A stretch of 64,000 nucleotides of DNA from positions 8,919 to 72,918 of the forward strand of contig CAYUTO010000003.1 in NCBI GenBank assembly GCA_964447765.1. The letters are read 5' to 3'. The notes under the pieces were generated by a model. The model was not told the origin of the DNA and made no database searches. It saw nothing but the letters and a program-made list of their open reading frames with translations. Positions 1 through 11,705 of the stretch are shown in pieces. Position numbers and translations under genes: made by a program. Position 1 is the stretch's first letter; each line of letters starts with the position of its first letter. The stretch is from an uncultured Gammaproteobacteria bacterium. GTDB lineage: Bacteria > Patescibacteriota > Patescibacteriia > Magasanikbacterales > UBA922.

Positions 1-1206
1 CTGTTTCAAAGTAACTAACTGTCCTTTTTTAATTGTCTTTAAATTTGAATCTTTAATCTTAAATTTTTTATTCACCTCAATGAACCATTGAGTTTTTGGT
101 AATGGTTCTACTACATCACCAAAGCGATCACTTGTTCCCACGTTCTGCATTGTATCTTCAGCTTTTTCAAGAAGTCCTGACTTTTCAAGCCAAACGACCA
201 CTTTTTTTCGAGCTTCTTCAATAGTCAAACCTGTATATTCTTTTCCAGCATTATCGGTCATATTTCCATCCTCACCAATAACCTGAATCAAACCAATATC
301 TTTGTTTTTCTGATAGATTTCAAAATCAGTCTGACTATGCGCTGGCGTGACTCCGAGAGCTCCCGTACCAAAAGTATCATCGACTCCCTCGTCTCCAATT
401 ACTTTTAATTTCAAAATATGCCCCGTTTGCCCGAAGTTTGTAATCGTAAATTCTTTACCAATATATTTTTTCCATTTTCCTTTTGGATGTACGGCGATTG
501 CCGTATCCCCCAGTTTGGTTTCAGGTCGAGTGGTTGCAATCGTAATCGGACATTCGGGTCCGTATGTGAAGTAATACAATTTTCCTGGTCGTTCAACATG
601 AACGAGCTCATCATCGCTGCAGGTCGACTGTCCTTTGACCGACCAATTGATTACACGATAGCCCCGATAAATAAGTCCGTCGTCATACATCATTTTGAAT
701 AATGTATTCACAGCTGTATTACGTGATTTATCGAGTGTAAAGGCTTCACGTGACCAATCAAGTGATGCTCCCATCTTTTTTGCCTGATTTACAATCGTAT
801 CATGTGACTCGCTTGCAAATTTTTCAACATGCTCCAAAAACTTTTCACGACCAAGCTCAGTTTTTGGTTTTTTCATTCCGCCTTCAATCAACATTTTTTC
901 CACCTTTGATTCAGTTGCAACAGCTGCATGATCCGTACCTGGGATCCAGACCGTCCGATCACCCTTCATGCGATGGTAACGTGCCATCACATCTTGTACT
1001 GCCAACATGACAGCATGACCCATATGGAGGGTTCCAGTCACGTTTGGAGGGGGCAAGACCATGCTAAAAGACTCCCTCTTAGCATCATCCTTCACCCACT
1101 CTGGAATGCTCTCAGGCGCAAAAAAACCGCCTTTTTCCCAGCGTGTATAGATCGCATCTTCATATGTATGTGGTTCGTAAGCTTTGGGCAGTTCTCGTGC
1201 TGACAT
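1..1206 (-). CDS. valS: valine--tRNA ligase, N-terminal part (runs off the window's left edge)
   Basis: Manual minus-strand translation from ATG at 1206 gives MSARELPKAYEP...PPPNVTGTLHMGH...PGTDHAA (HIGH-type motif). Not in the ORF track because no stop lies in the window. Confidence 0.95.
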   Translation of the reverse strand, partial: MSARELPKAYEPHTYEDAIYTRWEKGGFFAPESIPEWVKDDAKRESFSMVLPPPNVTGTLHMGHAVMLAVQDVMARYHRMKGDRTVWIPGTDHAAVATESKVEKMLIEGGMKKPKTELGREKFLEHVEKFASESHDTIVNQAKKMGASLDWSREAFTLDKSRNTAVNTLFKMMYDDGLIYRGYRVINWSVKGQSTCSDDELVHVERPGKLYYFTYGPECPITIATTRPETKLGDTAIAVHPKGKWKKYIGKEFTITNFGQTGHILKLKVIGDEGVDDTFGTGALGVTPAHSQTDFEIYQKNKDIGLIQVIGEDGNMTDNAGKEYTGLTIEEARKKVVVWLEKSGLLEKAEDTMQNVGTSDRFGDVVEPLPKTQWFIEVNKKFKIKDSNLKTIKKGQLVTLKQ

Positions 1207-1330
1207 AGGTAGACAAATTCAACAATATACCTAAAATTCTATCCTAAACCTCACAATTTAGCAAGAATTAGGCTAATTTTCGCCAAAATAACCCATTTTC
1301 ATACATCAAGAAATGCGAAAAAGCCCATGG

Positions 1331-1359
1331 TTGACAATAATTTCAGTCTTTGATATACT
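1331..1359 (+). promoter_or_regulatory. sigma70-like promoter
   Basis: TTGACA-17 bp-TATACT upstream of the DHH gene. Confidence 0.65.
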
Positions 1360-1480
1360 CTCTTATCCCCTTTTTACCCATAATAGAAGCTTGGATAAAA
1401 GGGGCTATTATTAGTTATATTGTCAGGATGTCGGTGCTATACTGTAGGTATAGAGCTAACTTACCTACACAGAACATAGT

Positions 1481-2626
1481 ATGGGATTATATGTTATACA
1501 ACAGGTAATCCGAACGCTTGAAGATAAAAAGAATGTCCTCATTACTTTTAAAAAAGATTCTCACGGAGACGCGATTGCATCGTCTCTTGCATTGAAACTT
1601 TTCCTCGAGCAACTCGGCAAAAAAGTCCACATTGCATGTGACGGTTTTGTGTTGCCCGACCGATTCACTTTTGTTTCTGGTTCCACCTCCATATCTTCTT
1701 CTCTCGGTAGTCTCCACCAATTTGTAATCACGATGGATATTTCAAAAAATGGACTCTCCAATCTTAAGTATGAAGTGAAGGATGAGAAATTAAAACTCTT
1801 CATCACTCCAAAAAATGGATTCTATGGAAAAGACTTGATCCGCACCTCACAAACTGAATTCAAATATGATGCGATCATTGTTCTCGATACCCCTACCCTT
1901 CCAGCATTGGGCAGTATGTATACACACAATGAAGAATTTTTCTTCAAAACTCCGATTATTAATATTGACCACAAGAATTCAAATGAACTTTTTGGACATA
2001 TCAATCTAATAGAGCTGCCCGCAAGCACCATATCTGAAATAGTATATGAACTATTGAATGTATATAAACCTGAGCTTATCAATGCAGACATTGCCCAGGC
2101 CCTTCTTACCGGAATTATCGCAGGCACTAATAGCTTTAAAGATAAAAAAGTTCGCCCCTATACCCTCACGGTTGCAGGCAAACTCGTAGAGTTAGGTGCC
2201 AATCGAGGATATATTATTGAGCAATTGTTCCAGACCAAATCAATAGGAACGTTTAAACTCTGGGGCGCTGCACTCTCACATATTACCTATGACGCAGCAC
2301 ATGGTATTGTGTCGACCACGATTACACGTGATGATTTTGTCCGTGCGAATGCCGAAGTTGAAGACCTCTCAATGATTATCAATGAGCTTATCGCATTTTC
2401 ACCTGACGCACGAATTATTATAGTGCTCTATGAAAATCCAAAAGAAACAAATGGCGCGGTTCATGGAATGCTCAAAATTATTCCCAATTTCCATGCCACT
2501 GAAATCATGAAAAAGTATGAAGCAGTAGGTGATGAAGATGACACAACGTTTAGTGTATCAGGCACTCCACTCAAAGAAGTAGAAGAGCAAATTATCAGAC
2601 ACTTAAAAGAAGTCACCACCCAATAA
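1481..2626 (+). CDS. DHH-family phosphoesterase (NrnA-like)
   Basis: GDAIAS, IVLD, NIDH and ALLTGII motifs. Confidence 0.8.
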   Translation: MGLYVIQQVIRTLEDKKNVLITFKKDSHGDAIASSLALKLFLEQLGKKVHIACDGFVLPDRFTFVSGSTSISSSLGSLHQFVITMDISKNGLSNLKYEVKDEKLKLFITPKNGFYGKDLIRTSQTEFKYDAIIVLDTPTLPALGSMYTHNEEFFFKTPIINIDHKNSNELFGHINLIELPASTISEIVYELLNVYKPELINADIAQALLTGIIAGTNSFKDKKVRPYTLTVAGKLVELGANRGYIIEQLFQTKSIGTFKLWGAALSHITYDAAHGIVSTTITRDDFVRANAEVEDLSMIINELIAFSPDARIIIVLYENPKETNGAVHGMLKIIPNFHATEIMKKYEAVGDEDDTTFSVSGTPLKEVEEQIIRHLKEVTTQ

Positions 2627-2656
2627 AACATCCTCGATCTATCGAGGATGTTTTTT
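2625..2656. terminator. bidirectional intrinsic terminator
   Basis: AAAACATCCTCGAT-CT-ATCGAGGATGTTTT between convergent genes. Confidence 0.8.
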
Positions 2657-2657
2657 G

Positions 2658-3293
2658 TTATATGGTCTTATATGCAGTAATCATTTCTTGATACACTTTT
2701 TCCATTCTTTTCACCACGCCTGGGTTTTCCAAATAGGTATTTATTTTTTCTTCAATTAAAGACACAAGATTATTTTCTACACCTAGCTCTGTCCACAGAC
2801 TCGCAACCTCTTTTGGAGTAAGGCTCTTTTTATCTTTGTAGAGTCGTTGAATTATTTGGTTAAACTTTGTTACATCTTCGAGTCGTTCACTATTTGGGTT
2901 TTCCACATATTCCAGAAGAGGTAGATATGGCTGTATATCAAATTCCTTCATCACTAGAATTTCCTGCAACCCCTTCAATGCTGATACTCGTATCCACCAC
3001 TCACTCTTCCCACCTCCATGCTCGACACCTTCTAAACAATCAGGGAAAATCTGGTGAAATAATGTATTCTGCACTTTGTCGCATAACGCATGCACTGACC
3101 AGCCTTTTTTGAAATCGGTTGTAAGAAACTCTTGTGAGAGAAGTTCTTCAAAATGAGTTTTTTCTCTATCAATCCCTGAAATATAGCGACTATCAGGATA
3201 CGATGTACCCGCCACATACGCAGCAATATTTTTAATATCGTATACATCTTTTATATCGAGAGCGAATTTTATGTGAGTTGCGGCAAGTGCCAT
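2658..3293 (-). CDS. hypothetical protein (weak zinc-dependent phospholipase C-like motifs)
   Basis: 211 aa ORF with ATH, GTSYPD and GWSVHALCD; directly downstream of gpmI. Confidence 0.55.
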   Translation of the reverse strand: MALAATHIKFALDIKDVYDIKNIAAYVAGTSYPDSRYISGIDREKTHFEELLSQEFLTTDFKKGWSVHALCDKVQNTLFHQIFPDCLEGVEHGGGKSEWWIRVSALKGLQEILVMKEFDIQPYLPLLEYVENPNSERLEDVTKFNQIIQRLYKDKKSLTPKEVASLWTELGVENNLVSLIEEKINTYLENPGVVKRMEKVYQEMITAYKTI

Positions 3294-3307
3294 ATTAGAA
3301 CTTACAC

Positions 3308-4885
3308 TTATACCAAACTTCTTCCCGTCATTTCTTTTGGCTGTTCAATACCAAGAATTGAGAGTACGGTGGGAGCAACATCAGCCAAGATTCCAACGGG
3401 GTGCATGAGACTCAAATCTCCTTCTGGAGGGTCTCCGGTAGGCCCCGCCCTACCCTGGAATTCATTACCAATAATCAGAAATGGCACTGGATTATTACTA
3501 TGCTCTTTGTCCTGTTCGCCTGTTTTCAAATTAATAACTTCTTCGGCATTTCCATGATCTGCAGTAATCAAAAGCACCCCACCTTTTGCTTCGACATATT
3601 CGGCGATTTTTCCTAAATTTTTATCAATGGTTTCGCATCCTTTGATAGTAGCATCTACATTCCCCGTATGCCCCACCATATCAGCATTTGCAAAGTTCGC
3701 CAAAATCACATCATATTTATCAGACTCAATCGCTTGAATTATTTTTTTGGTTACTTCTGCCGCAGACATTTCTGGTGCTTTATCATATGAAGAAACATTA
3801 GGAGAAGGGACAATCGCCCGATCCTCACCAACAAACGGCTCTTCCACCGTACCATTCAAGAAAAAAGTGATATGCGCGTATTTTTCGGTTTCTGCAACAT
3901 GAAATTGAGTAAGCCCCTGCTTGCTTATCACTTCAGCAAGACAATTGTGCACCACAATTGGTGGATATGCTACTACGACTGGAATTTCTTTTTCATATTC
4001 AGTCAGAGTGACAAACAATAAATCGGTGAGATATTCACGTTTGAATTTATCAAATCCAGGCAAGACAAAAGCTTTCGTTAATTGTCGTGCTCGATCAGGT
4101 CGAAAATTGAAAAAAATTACCGCATCACCTTTTGCAACTCGTGCCGTAGGCTTTCCTTCTTTTCCAATCACCGTTGGTATAAATTCTTCATCAAATACTT
4201 GCTTCTCATACGAAGCCTCGATTGCATCAAGCGGATGTTTGCTGTAGGTCTCTGAAATTCCTTCGACCATGGCACGATATGCACGCTCAATACGATCCCA
4301 TCGGTTGTCACGGTCCATTGCATAATAGCGACCAGACAACGACGCAATTTCTCCCACTCCAATTTTTTTCATTTTTTCTTCGAGTTTAGCAACAAAATCT
4401 TTTGCACTATTATAAATAGTATCTCTCCCGTCGAGAATCACATGTACAAACACATTCTTAATTTTATTTTTCTTTGCAAATTCAAGGAGGGAGTACAGGT
4501 GATCCTGACTTGCATGCACGTTTCCCGGACTCACCAACCCAATCAAATGCAGTGATGATTTATGAGTCGCCACGTGCTCTTTTGCCGATAAGAATGCTTT
4601 ATTTTGAAAAAAACTACCGTCCACAATAGTCTTATTAATGCGAGGAAATGTCTGATAATACACGCGTCCCGCTCCGATATTCAAATGTCCTACTTCTGAA
4701 TTTCCCATTTCTCCATAGGAAAGTCCCACTTCATTTCCAGAAGCATAGAGTGACATTGCAGGATATTCTCGTATAAAACGATCCATATTGGGAGTCTCTG
4801 CGCGTTCAATCGCATTACCCTCACTTGCAGGTGCTACTCCCCACCCATCGAGAACGGCAAGTACTACTGGTTTTGGTCGAGCCAT
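3308..4885 (-). CDS. gpmI: 2,3-bisphosphoglycerate-independent phosphoglycerate mutase, copy 1
   Basis: LDGWG, GNSEVGH, DGRD, NADMVGHTG, ADHGNAE. Confidence 0.95.
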   Translation of the reverse strand: MARPKPVVLAVLDGWGVAPASEGNAIERAETPNMDRFIREYPAMSLYASGNEVGLSYGEMGNSEVGHLNIGAGRVYYQTFPRINKTIVDGSFFQNKAFLSAKEHVATHKSSLHLIGLVSPGNVHASQDHLYSLLEFAKKNKIKNVFVHVILDGRDTIYNSAKDFVAKLEEKMKKIGVGEIASLSGRYYAMDRDNRWDRIERAYRAMVEGISETYSKHPLDAIEASYEKQVFDEEFIPTVIGKEGKPTARVAKGDAVIFFNFRPDRARQLTKAFVLPGFDKFKREYLTDLLFVTLTEYEKEIPVVVAYPPIVVHNCLAEVISKQGLTQFHVAETEKYAHITFFLNGTVEEPFVGEDRAIVPSPNVSSYDKAPEMSAAEVTKKIIQAIESDKYDVILANFANADMVGHTGNVDATIKGCETIDKNLGKIAEYVEAKGGVLLITADHGNAEEVINLKTGEQDKEHSNNPVPFLIIGNEFQGRAGPTGDPPEGDLSLMHPVGILADVAPTVLSILGIEQPKEMTGRSLV

Positions 4886-4889
4886 ACAT

Positions 4890-6470
4890 TTAGAATAAAG
4901 GTTTACCAGTCATTTCTTTTGGCTGCTTACCCCCGACCATTTTAATAATCGTTGGTGCCACATCAGCTAGTATCCCATCTTGTAACTTTTTTCCTTTTAA
5001 TCCGTTACGAATCACTATACAAGGCACTGGATTCAAGTTGTGCTCAGTATCTATCTCTCCTGTTTTCAAATTTTTCATTTCTTCGGCGTTTCCATGGTCT
5101 GCGACAATTAACGCTTGCCCACCTTTCGCGAGCGCTGCTGCGACCACTTCTCCTACATGAGCATCCATCACACTAACACCTTTTTTTGCTGCCTTCAGAT
5201 TTCCGGTATGTCCTATCATGTCAGCATTAGCATAATTGATACAATAAAACTGATACTTATCACTCTTCATTAATGCTAATACTTTTTTGGTGATTTCTTT
5301 TGCTGACATTTCAGGCTTAGTATCATGATGTGCAACTGTTTTTGATTCTATTTTAATCCAATCTTCACCATTGACCGGCTCCGAATAGCCCCCATTAATA
5401 AAATAGGTCACATGAGCATATTTCTCAGATTCTGCGATATATACTTGTGTAAAATCTGAAAGAGCCAAGGGAAGCGTATTATAGACTTCAGGTGAGGGAA
5501 ACACGGTGAGGATACGCTCCAGATCAGGTCCAAAATCGGTAAGCGCTACAAATCTGATATTTTTAGGAACTTTTACTCTTTTGAAAGACCCCGGATTTCG
5601 TTTATTAAAATCATCTTGAACAAATGCTTTGGTAATCTGACGAGCCCGGTCTGACCTCGCATTAAAAAATATAACCACGTCATGATCAGCAATCGAAGCT
5701 ACGGGTTTTCCTTTTTCATCCACCACGATCGAGGGAGTAATAAATTCATCAGTCTCTCCCCGATTATATGCCTGCTCGAGCGCTTCTTCGGCACTCCTCA
5801 CTTTGTGCCCCATGCCCATGACCATTGCTTCATACGCGGCTTCGGTCCGGTCCCATATTTTATTTCGATCCATACCATACAATCTTCCCATGATGGTTGC
5901 AATCTTTTCAGTATGCAGCATATGCCCCCGCAATTCATGGAGATAGTTGGCAGCAGCATGTGGTCCTGAGTCTCGACCATCAGTAAACAGATGCAAATAT
6001 ACTCGTTCAATTCCTTCTCTACGGCAGAGCTCAAGAAGTGCATAGACATGCTCGGGATACGAATGCGCACTATTACCATCAGTCAGGAGTCCCATGAGGT
6101 GCACTGCTGATTTGTATTTTTTAACATGGAATAATGCTTGCTTGAATGCTTCATTTTTGAAGAAAGTTCCATCATGAATCGAATCTGAAATACACACTAA
6201 ATCCTGCTTCACAATTCTTCCCGCTCCAATATTCAAATGCCCTGCCTCAGAATTTCCAATCTGTCCCGGAAAAAGCCCTACATGCTCGCCAAAAGTTTTC
6301 AACTTTGAAGTAGGATATTTTTTCATATACCCAAAAATATTGGGTGCAGTTTTTGACGTAATTGCATTCCCTTCATTTTTTTCAGGCGCAACACCAAAAC
6401 CATCAAGAATAATGAGTACGGTGGGAGATGGTGTTGTGATCAAAGATTTTTTTTGTTTTTTAATTGGCAT
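4890..6470 (-). CDS. gpmI: 2,3-bisphosphoglycerate-independent phosphoglycerate mutase, copy 2
   Basis: LDGFG, GNSEAGH, DGRD, NADMIGHTG, ADHGNAE. Confidence 0.93.
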   Translation of the reverse strand: MPIKKQKKSLITTPSPTVLIILDGFGVAPEKNEGNAITSKTAPNIFGYMKKYPTSKLKTFGEHVGLFPGQIGNSEAGHLNIGAGRIVKQDLVCISDSIHDGTFFKNEAFKQALFHVKKYKSAVHLMGLLTDGNSAHSYPEHVYALLELCRREGIERVYLHLFTDGRDSGPHAAANYLHELRGHMLHTEKIATIMGRLYGMDRNKIWDRTEAAYEAMVMGMGHKVRSAEEALEQAYNRGETDEFITPSIVVDEKGKPVASIADHDVVIFFNARSDRARQITKAFVQDDFNKRNPGSFKRVKVPKNIRFVALTDFGPDLERILTVFPSPEVYNTLPLALSDFTQVYIAESEKYAHVTYFINGGYSEPVNGEDWIKIESKTVAHHDTKPEMSAKEITKKVLALMKSDKYQFYCINYANADMIGHTGNLKAAKKGVSVMDAHVGEVVAAALAKGGQALIVADHGNAEEMKNLKTGEIDTEHNLNPVPCIVIRNGLKGKKLQDGILADVAPTIIKMVGGKQPKEMTGKPLF

Positions 6471-6539
6471 ACGTTTTTGATGTCTGACAAATTATTCTAA
6501 TTGGACCAGACGCTCTAAATTAGAGCAATTACAATAATT

Positions 6540-7805
<1,266 letters not shown>

Positions 7806-7830
7806 TTATTAGTACCTTTCAGTATATCAA

Positions 7831-7861
7831 ACGAAAACGACCTTGGAAAGGTCGTTTTCGT
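7831..7861 (-). terminator. intrinsic terminator-like hairpin
   Basis: ACGAAAACGACCTT-GGA-AAGGTCGTTTTCGT. Confidence 0.65.
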
Positions 7862-7881
7862 GCGTATATTGTACTGAAAAG

Positions 7882-8778
7882 TTATTTGAGTTCAAAGGTG
7901 ACTCCCACATGAAGGACTATGTCATTAGTACCTGCTTCAATCTGTGGAACACTACTACCTGCCTGAAGTTCCATATCATACATTTTTGCTCCGTAATATG
8001 ACTCATTTGAACCTTCATATTCATCGTATGACACGATGCCTGAAAGTCTGAGACCTAGATTACTTGAAAGTGCCGCAGCCTTTTGACTTACTTTTTTCAA
8101 AGCCTCTGCTCGAGCAGCCTCGAGATACGCATCTTTATCGTCAATCGTGAATTCAAGTCCACTTACATTGGTTGCACCTACTTCACCTGCAAGTCCAAGC
8201 ACTTGATTTGCCTTATTCAAATCTCTAATCTTGATGGTGACATTTTGACTAATCGTGTATCCACGAAGTTCAGGTGTACCTCCATCAACTGGATAGTTGT
8301 ATGCAGGATACACACTATAATCTCTCGTTTGGATATCAGCCGCATCAATTTCCAACTCTTTGATTCTACTTACCAATTTGTTTACTACTTCAGTATTTTT
8401 CTGTTGAGCCTCAGCTACAGTAGCAGCTTCAGTTGTCATACCCATCGTAGTCATGGCAATATCAGGCTTCACGCTTACTTTTCCTTCAGCCTCGACTCTA
8501 ATAGTTCTCTCCGACTTGTCTGCTTGACCAATAAAGTCGTATTTTCGTACTTCGTTTCTAATAAGAACCCCAAAGAATACGATTAGATATACGATCAAAA
8601 TTCCAACAAATGTTGCTAAAATCTTTTTTCCTACCCAACCACACCAACTATGCTGGTCACATTTTCCATATTTACAGCAACTCATCGGATGTTCTGCTTC
8701 GACTACTGGAGGAGACGACACGACCGGCGCCATTGGCTCGTCCATCATAGGGCGAGCAAATGATTTTTTGACAGGCAT
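7882..8778 (-). CDS. SIMPL/DUF541 domain protein
   Basis: N-terminal TM segment, then VEAEGKVSVKPDIA, IQTRDYSVYP and ARAEALKK, a typical SIMPL pattern. Confidence 0.85.
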   Translation of the reverse strand: MPVKKSFARPMMDEPMAPVVSSPPVVEAEHPMSCCKYGKCDQHSWCGWVGKKILATFVGILIVYLIVFFGVLIRNEVRKYDFIGQADKSERTIRVEAEGKVSVKPDIAMTTMGMTTEAATVAEAQQKNTEVVNKLVSRIKELEIDAADIQTRDYSVYPAYNYPVDGGTPELRGYTISQNVTIKIRDLNKANQVLGLAGEVGATNVSGLEFTIDDKDAYLEAARAEALKKVSQKAAALSSNLGLRLSGIVSYDEYEGSNESYYGAKMYDMELQAGSSVPQIEAGTNDIVLHVGVTFELK

Positions 8779-8972
8779 ATTTTACAAAGGTAATCACGTA
8801 ACGTTTGTGTAAACAAACTACGCGAATAAATAAAAGTATAAAAAAACTTGATGCGTGAAGTATAGCACAAAATAACTTTTTATTCTGTAATACTCTGTGG
8901 ATAGGTCGGGATTTATTAAAAAATAAAGATTGAAAATTAAAATTACAATTTTTTATTTCCTAATTTTGCATT

Positions 8973-10193
8973 TTAATCTTTATTCTTCAATCTTTTCTCC
9001 TCCTTACTAACTATTTCTACCCCCGGTAGTTTATTACCTGATAAAAATTCGAGCATGGCACCACCACCTGTTGAAACTAAATCAACAAATTCTTCCATTC
9101 CCACTTGATTCATTGCTTGAATAGTCTCTCCGCCACCGATTATTCCAAATGCTTCCCCTTTTGATCGTGACGCGACAAGGCGGGCGATTGCGAGCGTTCC
9201 CACATCATAGGGTTTCTGCTCAAAATACCCCATAGCACCGTTCCAGATAATAGATGTTGCTAATTTGATATCTTCTGAATAAACATGAATCGTTGCAGGT
9301 CCTATATCAAAAATTGCTTCATCACTCGCACAAATTTCAAATGGTTTTTTTGAAAGTGTAACTACGCGCGCAGAAGAACCATCTTTTTTTCCGACTACCA
9401 GATCAAGTGGCCATTGGATTGAATGTATAGTCTTTAGTTTTTTTGCTTCCCCGAGCATACTCTCATCTACGAGAGAGGCTCCTACCCCAAAACCCTGGGA
9501 TTTGAGATAGGTATTCACGATTCCCCCTCCGACCAGTATCACTTCAACCTTATTTTTGAGATTAGCGATTATAGGAAGCTTGGTTTCTGTTTTTGCACCG
9601 CCAATAATAAGTACACTATTCTTTTTTCCTTGCTCAAGTGTACGTGTGAGTCCTTGCACTTCTTTTTCAAGCAAGAGTCCAGCGTATGAAGGAATATAGT
9701 GAGCAACACCCGTAACAGAAGGACTTGATCGATGTACCACACCGAACCCGTCGATTACAAATATATCTGCCAGAGACGCCAGTTCTTTTGCAAAATATTC
9801 TTTACCACCCTCTTCGCCTTCGGCAAAACGGATATTATCAAAAATGGCGACGTCTCCTGGTTTTATTTTTGAAACTTCTTTCTCTATTTTTTTCAACTTT
9901 GACCAATCAGCTGATGCAATAATTTTTATCTTCTTTTGTAACATTTTACCCAATTCTTTTGCAACTGGATCTACCCTAAGATCTTTCACTACTTTCCCCC
10001 CTGGTCTACCAATATGCGTAACCAAAAGAACTCGGGCTTTTTTCTCGAGTAAAAAATTAATCGTATCAAGCGATGCAGCAATTCGAAATGCTTCTTCTAC
10101 TTTTCCTTTTATAATTGCAACATTATAATCAACGCGAACTAAAACAGACTTACCCTCGAGATCTGTTACTTCTCTAATACTTCGAAGCTGCAT
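8973..10193 (-). CDS. pgk: phosphoglycerate kinase
   Basis: VRVDYNV, HIGRP, GGAK, STGGGAMLEFLSG. Confidence 0.95.
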   Translation of the reverse strand: MQLRSIREVTDLEGKSVLVRVDYNVAIIKGKVEEAFRIAASLDTINFLLEKKARVLLVTHIGRPGGKVVKDLRVDPVAKELGKMLQKKIKIIASADWSKLKKIEKEVSKIKPGDVAIFDNIRFAEGEEGGKEYFAKELASLADIFVIDGFGVVHRSSPSVTGVAHYIPSYAGLLLEKEVQGLTRTLEQGKKNSVLIIGGAKTETKLPIIANLKNKVEVILVGGGIVNTYLKSQGFGVGASLVDESMLGEAKKLKTIHSIQWPLDLVVGKKDGSSARVVTLSKKPFEICASDEAIFDIGPATIHVYSEDIKLATSIIWNGAMGYFEQKPYDVGTLAIARLVASRSKGEAFGIIGGGETIQAMNQVGMEEFVDLVSTGGGAMLEFLSGNKLPGVEIVSKEEKRLKNKD

Positions 10194-10245
10194 AATGTGG
10201 ACTAATAGAACACGGATAACACGAATTGGGACGGGTCGATTTTCT

Positions 10246-11244
10246 TTACTTTCTCGTTTTTACTTTGCCTGCAATCTCGACCATCTCCACCAATCTTGTC
10301 GCATATCCCCACTCATTATCATACCACGCAACAACTTTTACGAGATTACCATCTACCACTCGAGTAAGATCAGCATCGACTGTTGCTGAATATTCATTTC
10401 CAATATAGTCACTTGAAACGAGTGGTTCAAATGAGACTGCAAGAATACCCTTCAGATATGTTTTTGCGGCTTTTATAAACGCATTATTTATCTCTTCAGG
10501 TGTGGTATCTTTTTTAAGTAACACAGTCACATCAGTCAGAGACACGGTAATGGTTGGAACACGGATCGAGAGTCCATCGAATTTTCCTTCGAGCGATGGA
10601 ATAGTACGAGTAACAGCCACTGCCGCCCCAGTTTTAGCAGGAACCATATTTTGTGCCGCTGCTCGTGCTTCACGGAGATCTTTCGAAGGTCCGTCTTGAA
10701 GTACTTGGGATGCAGTATAGGAGTGAACTGTGGTAAGCATAGCTTTTTCGACACCAAATTCTTTTTCCAACACCAACATTACCGGAGCTGCACAATTCGT
10801 CGTACATGAAGCATTATCGAGAATCGGTTCGCCTTTGTATTCTTTATCATTCACTCCTCGTACATAGGTTTTCAAATCACCTTTTCCTGGTGCTGAGATG
10901 ACTACTTTTTTTGCTCCCGCAGTAATATGTGCTTTTGCTGCCTCAGCATCAGTAAATCTACCCGTAGATTCGATTACCACATCTACCTTCAATTGTTTCC
11001 ATGGCAGTACCACTGGATCTTTCTCAGCAAATACCGGAATTTTCTTACCTTTTATGATAATATGTTTCTCGTCGTAGGAAACAGGAAAAGGAAAATCATT
11101 GTACGCTGTGTCGTGCTTCAATAAATGCGCCAATGTTTTGGTATCAGTAAGATCATTGATGCCGACAATATCTAGTTTTTTTTGAAATGCGATTTTGAAT
11201 GCATGACGTCCGATTCTGCCGAATCCGTTGATGGCAATTTTCAT
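10246..11244 (-). CDS. gap: type I glyceraldehyde-3-phosphate dehydrogenase
   Basis: INGFGRIGR, NASCTTNC, WYDNEWGY. Confidence 0.97.
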   Translation of the reverse strand: MKIAINGFGRIGRHAFKIAFQKKLDIVGINDLTDTKTLAHLLKHDTAYNDFPFPVSYDEKHIIIKGKKIPVFAEKDPVVLPWKQLKVDVVIESTGRFTDAEAAKAHITAGAKKVVISAPGKGDLKTYVRGVNDKEYKGEPILDNASCTTNCAAPVMLVLEKEFGVEKAMLTTVHSYTASQVLQDGPSKDLREARAAAQNMVPAKTGAAVAVTRTIPSLEGKFDGLSIRVPTITVSLTDVTVLLKKDTTPEEINNAFIKAAKTYLKGILAVSFEPLVSSDYIGNEYSATVDADLTRVVDGNLVKVVAWYDNEWGYATRLVEMVEIAGKVKTRK

Positions 11245-11325
11245 AGAATAACTAATTTATAAACTGAATTCTAAATTCGTATGTAAGTATAGCACTCCCA
11301 CATCACGTTTACAATTTGAGTATAC

Positions 11326-11357
11326 AAAAAAGACCAGTATGACGTACTGGTCTTTTT
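11326..11357 (-). terminator. intrinsic terminator
   Basis: AAAAAGACCAGTA-TGACG-TACTGGTCTTTTT. Confidence 0.75.
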
Positions 11358-11362
11358 AGAAT

Positions 11363-11701
11363 CTAAGACACTAATTTCTCTTCTTCTTTTTCTAACCTCT
11401 GTATTACCTCTTCAAAATCCTCCCTAATCCATCCTTTAAAATCTATTTTTCGTTTTTTCTGATCCCCCTCATTATTTGCAAAATTTTTTAATTCAACTTT
11501 TACCTCTCCATATAATTCTCGAAAACTCTGACCTTTTTGGACTGGAGCATTAGGATACTCTTTTCGAAACTCTTCATCCTCCTGTGCATTCTCCAAAAGC
11601 ATTACGTACATTTTCAATTTATCTTCTATTTCTTCTTCGGTTGGTCTAGGGTGCACTTCTACCCCCTCCATATTAAACCCTCTTTGTTCTACACCTGGCA
11701 T
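11363..11701 (-). CDS. hypothetical acidic helical protein
   Basis: 112 aa ORF starting 4 bp after the ruvC stop and followed by a terminator. Confidence 0.65.
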   Translation of the reverse strand: MPGVEQRGFNMEGVEVHPRPTEEEIEDKLKMYVMLLENAQEDEEFRKEYPNAPVQKGQSFRELYGEVKVELKNFANNEGDQKKRKIDFKGWIREDFEEVIQRLEKEEEKLVS

Positions 11702-11705
11702 ATCG

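Noticed and set aside
347-1203. Short ORF-track calls at the window start
   Set aside because: They all overlap the open valS frame on the minus strand.
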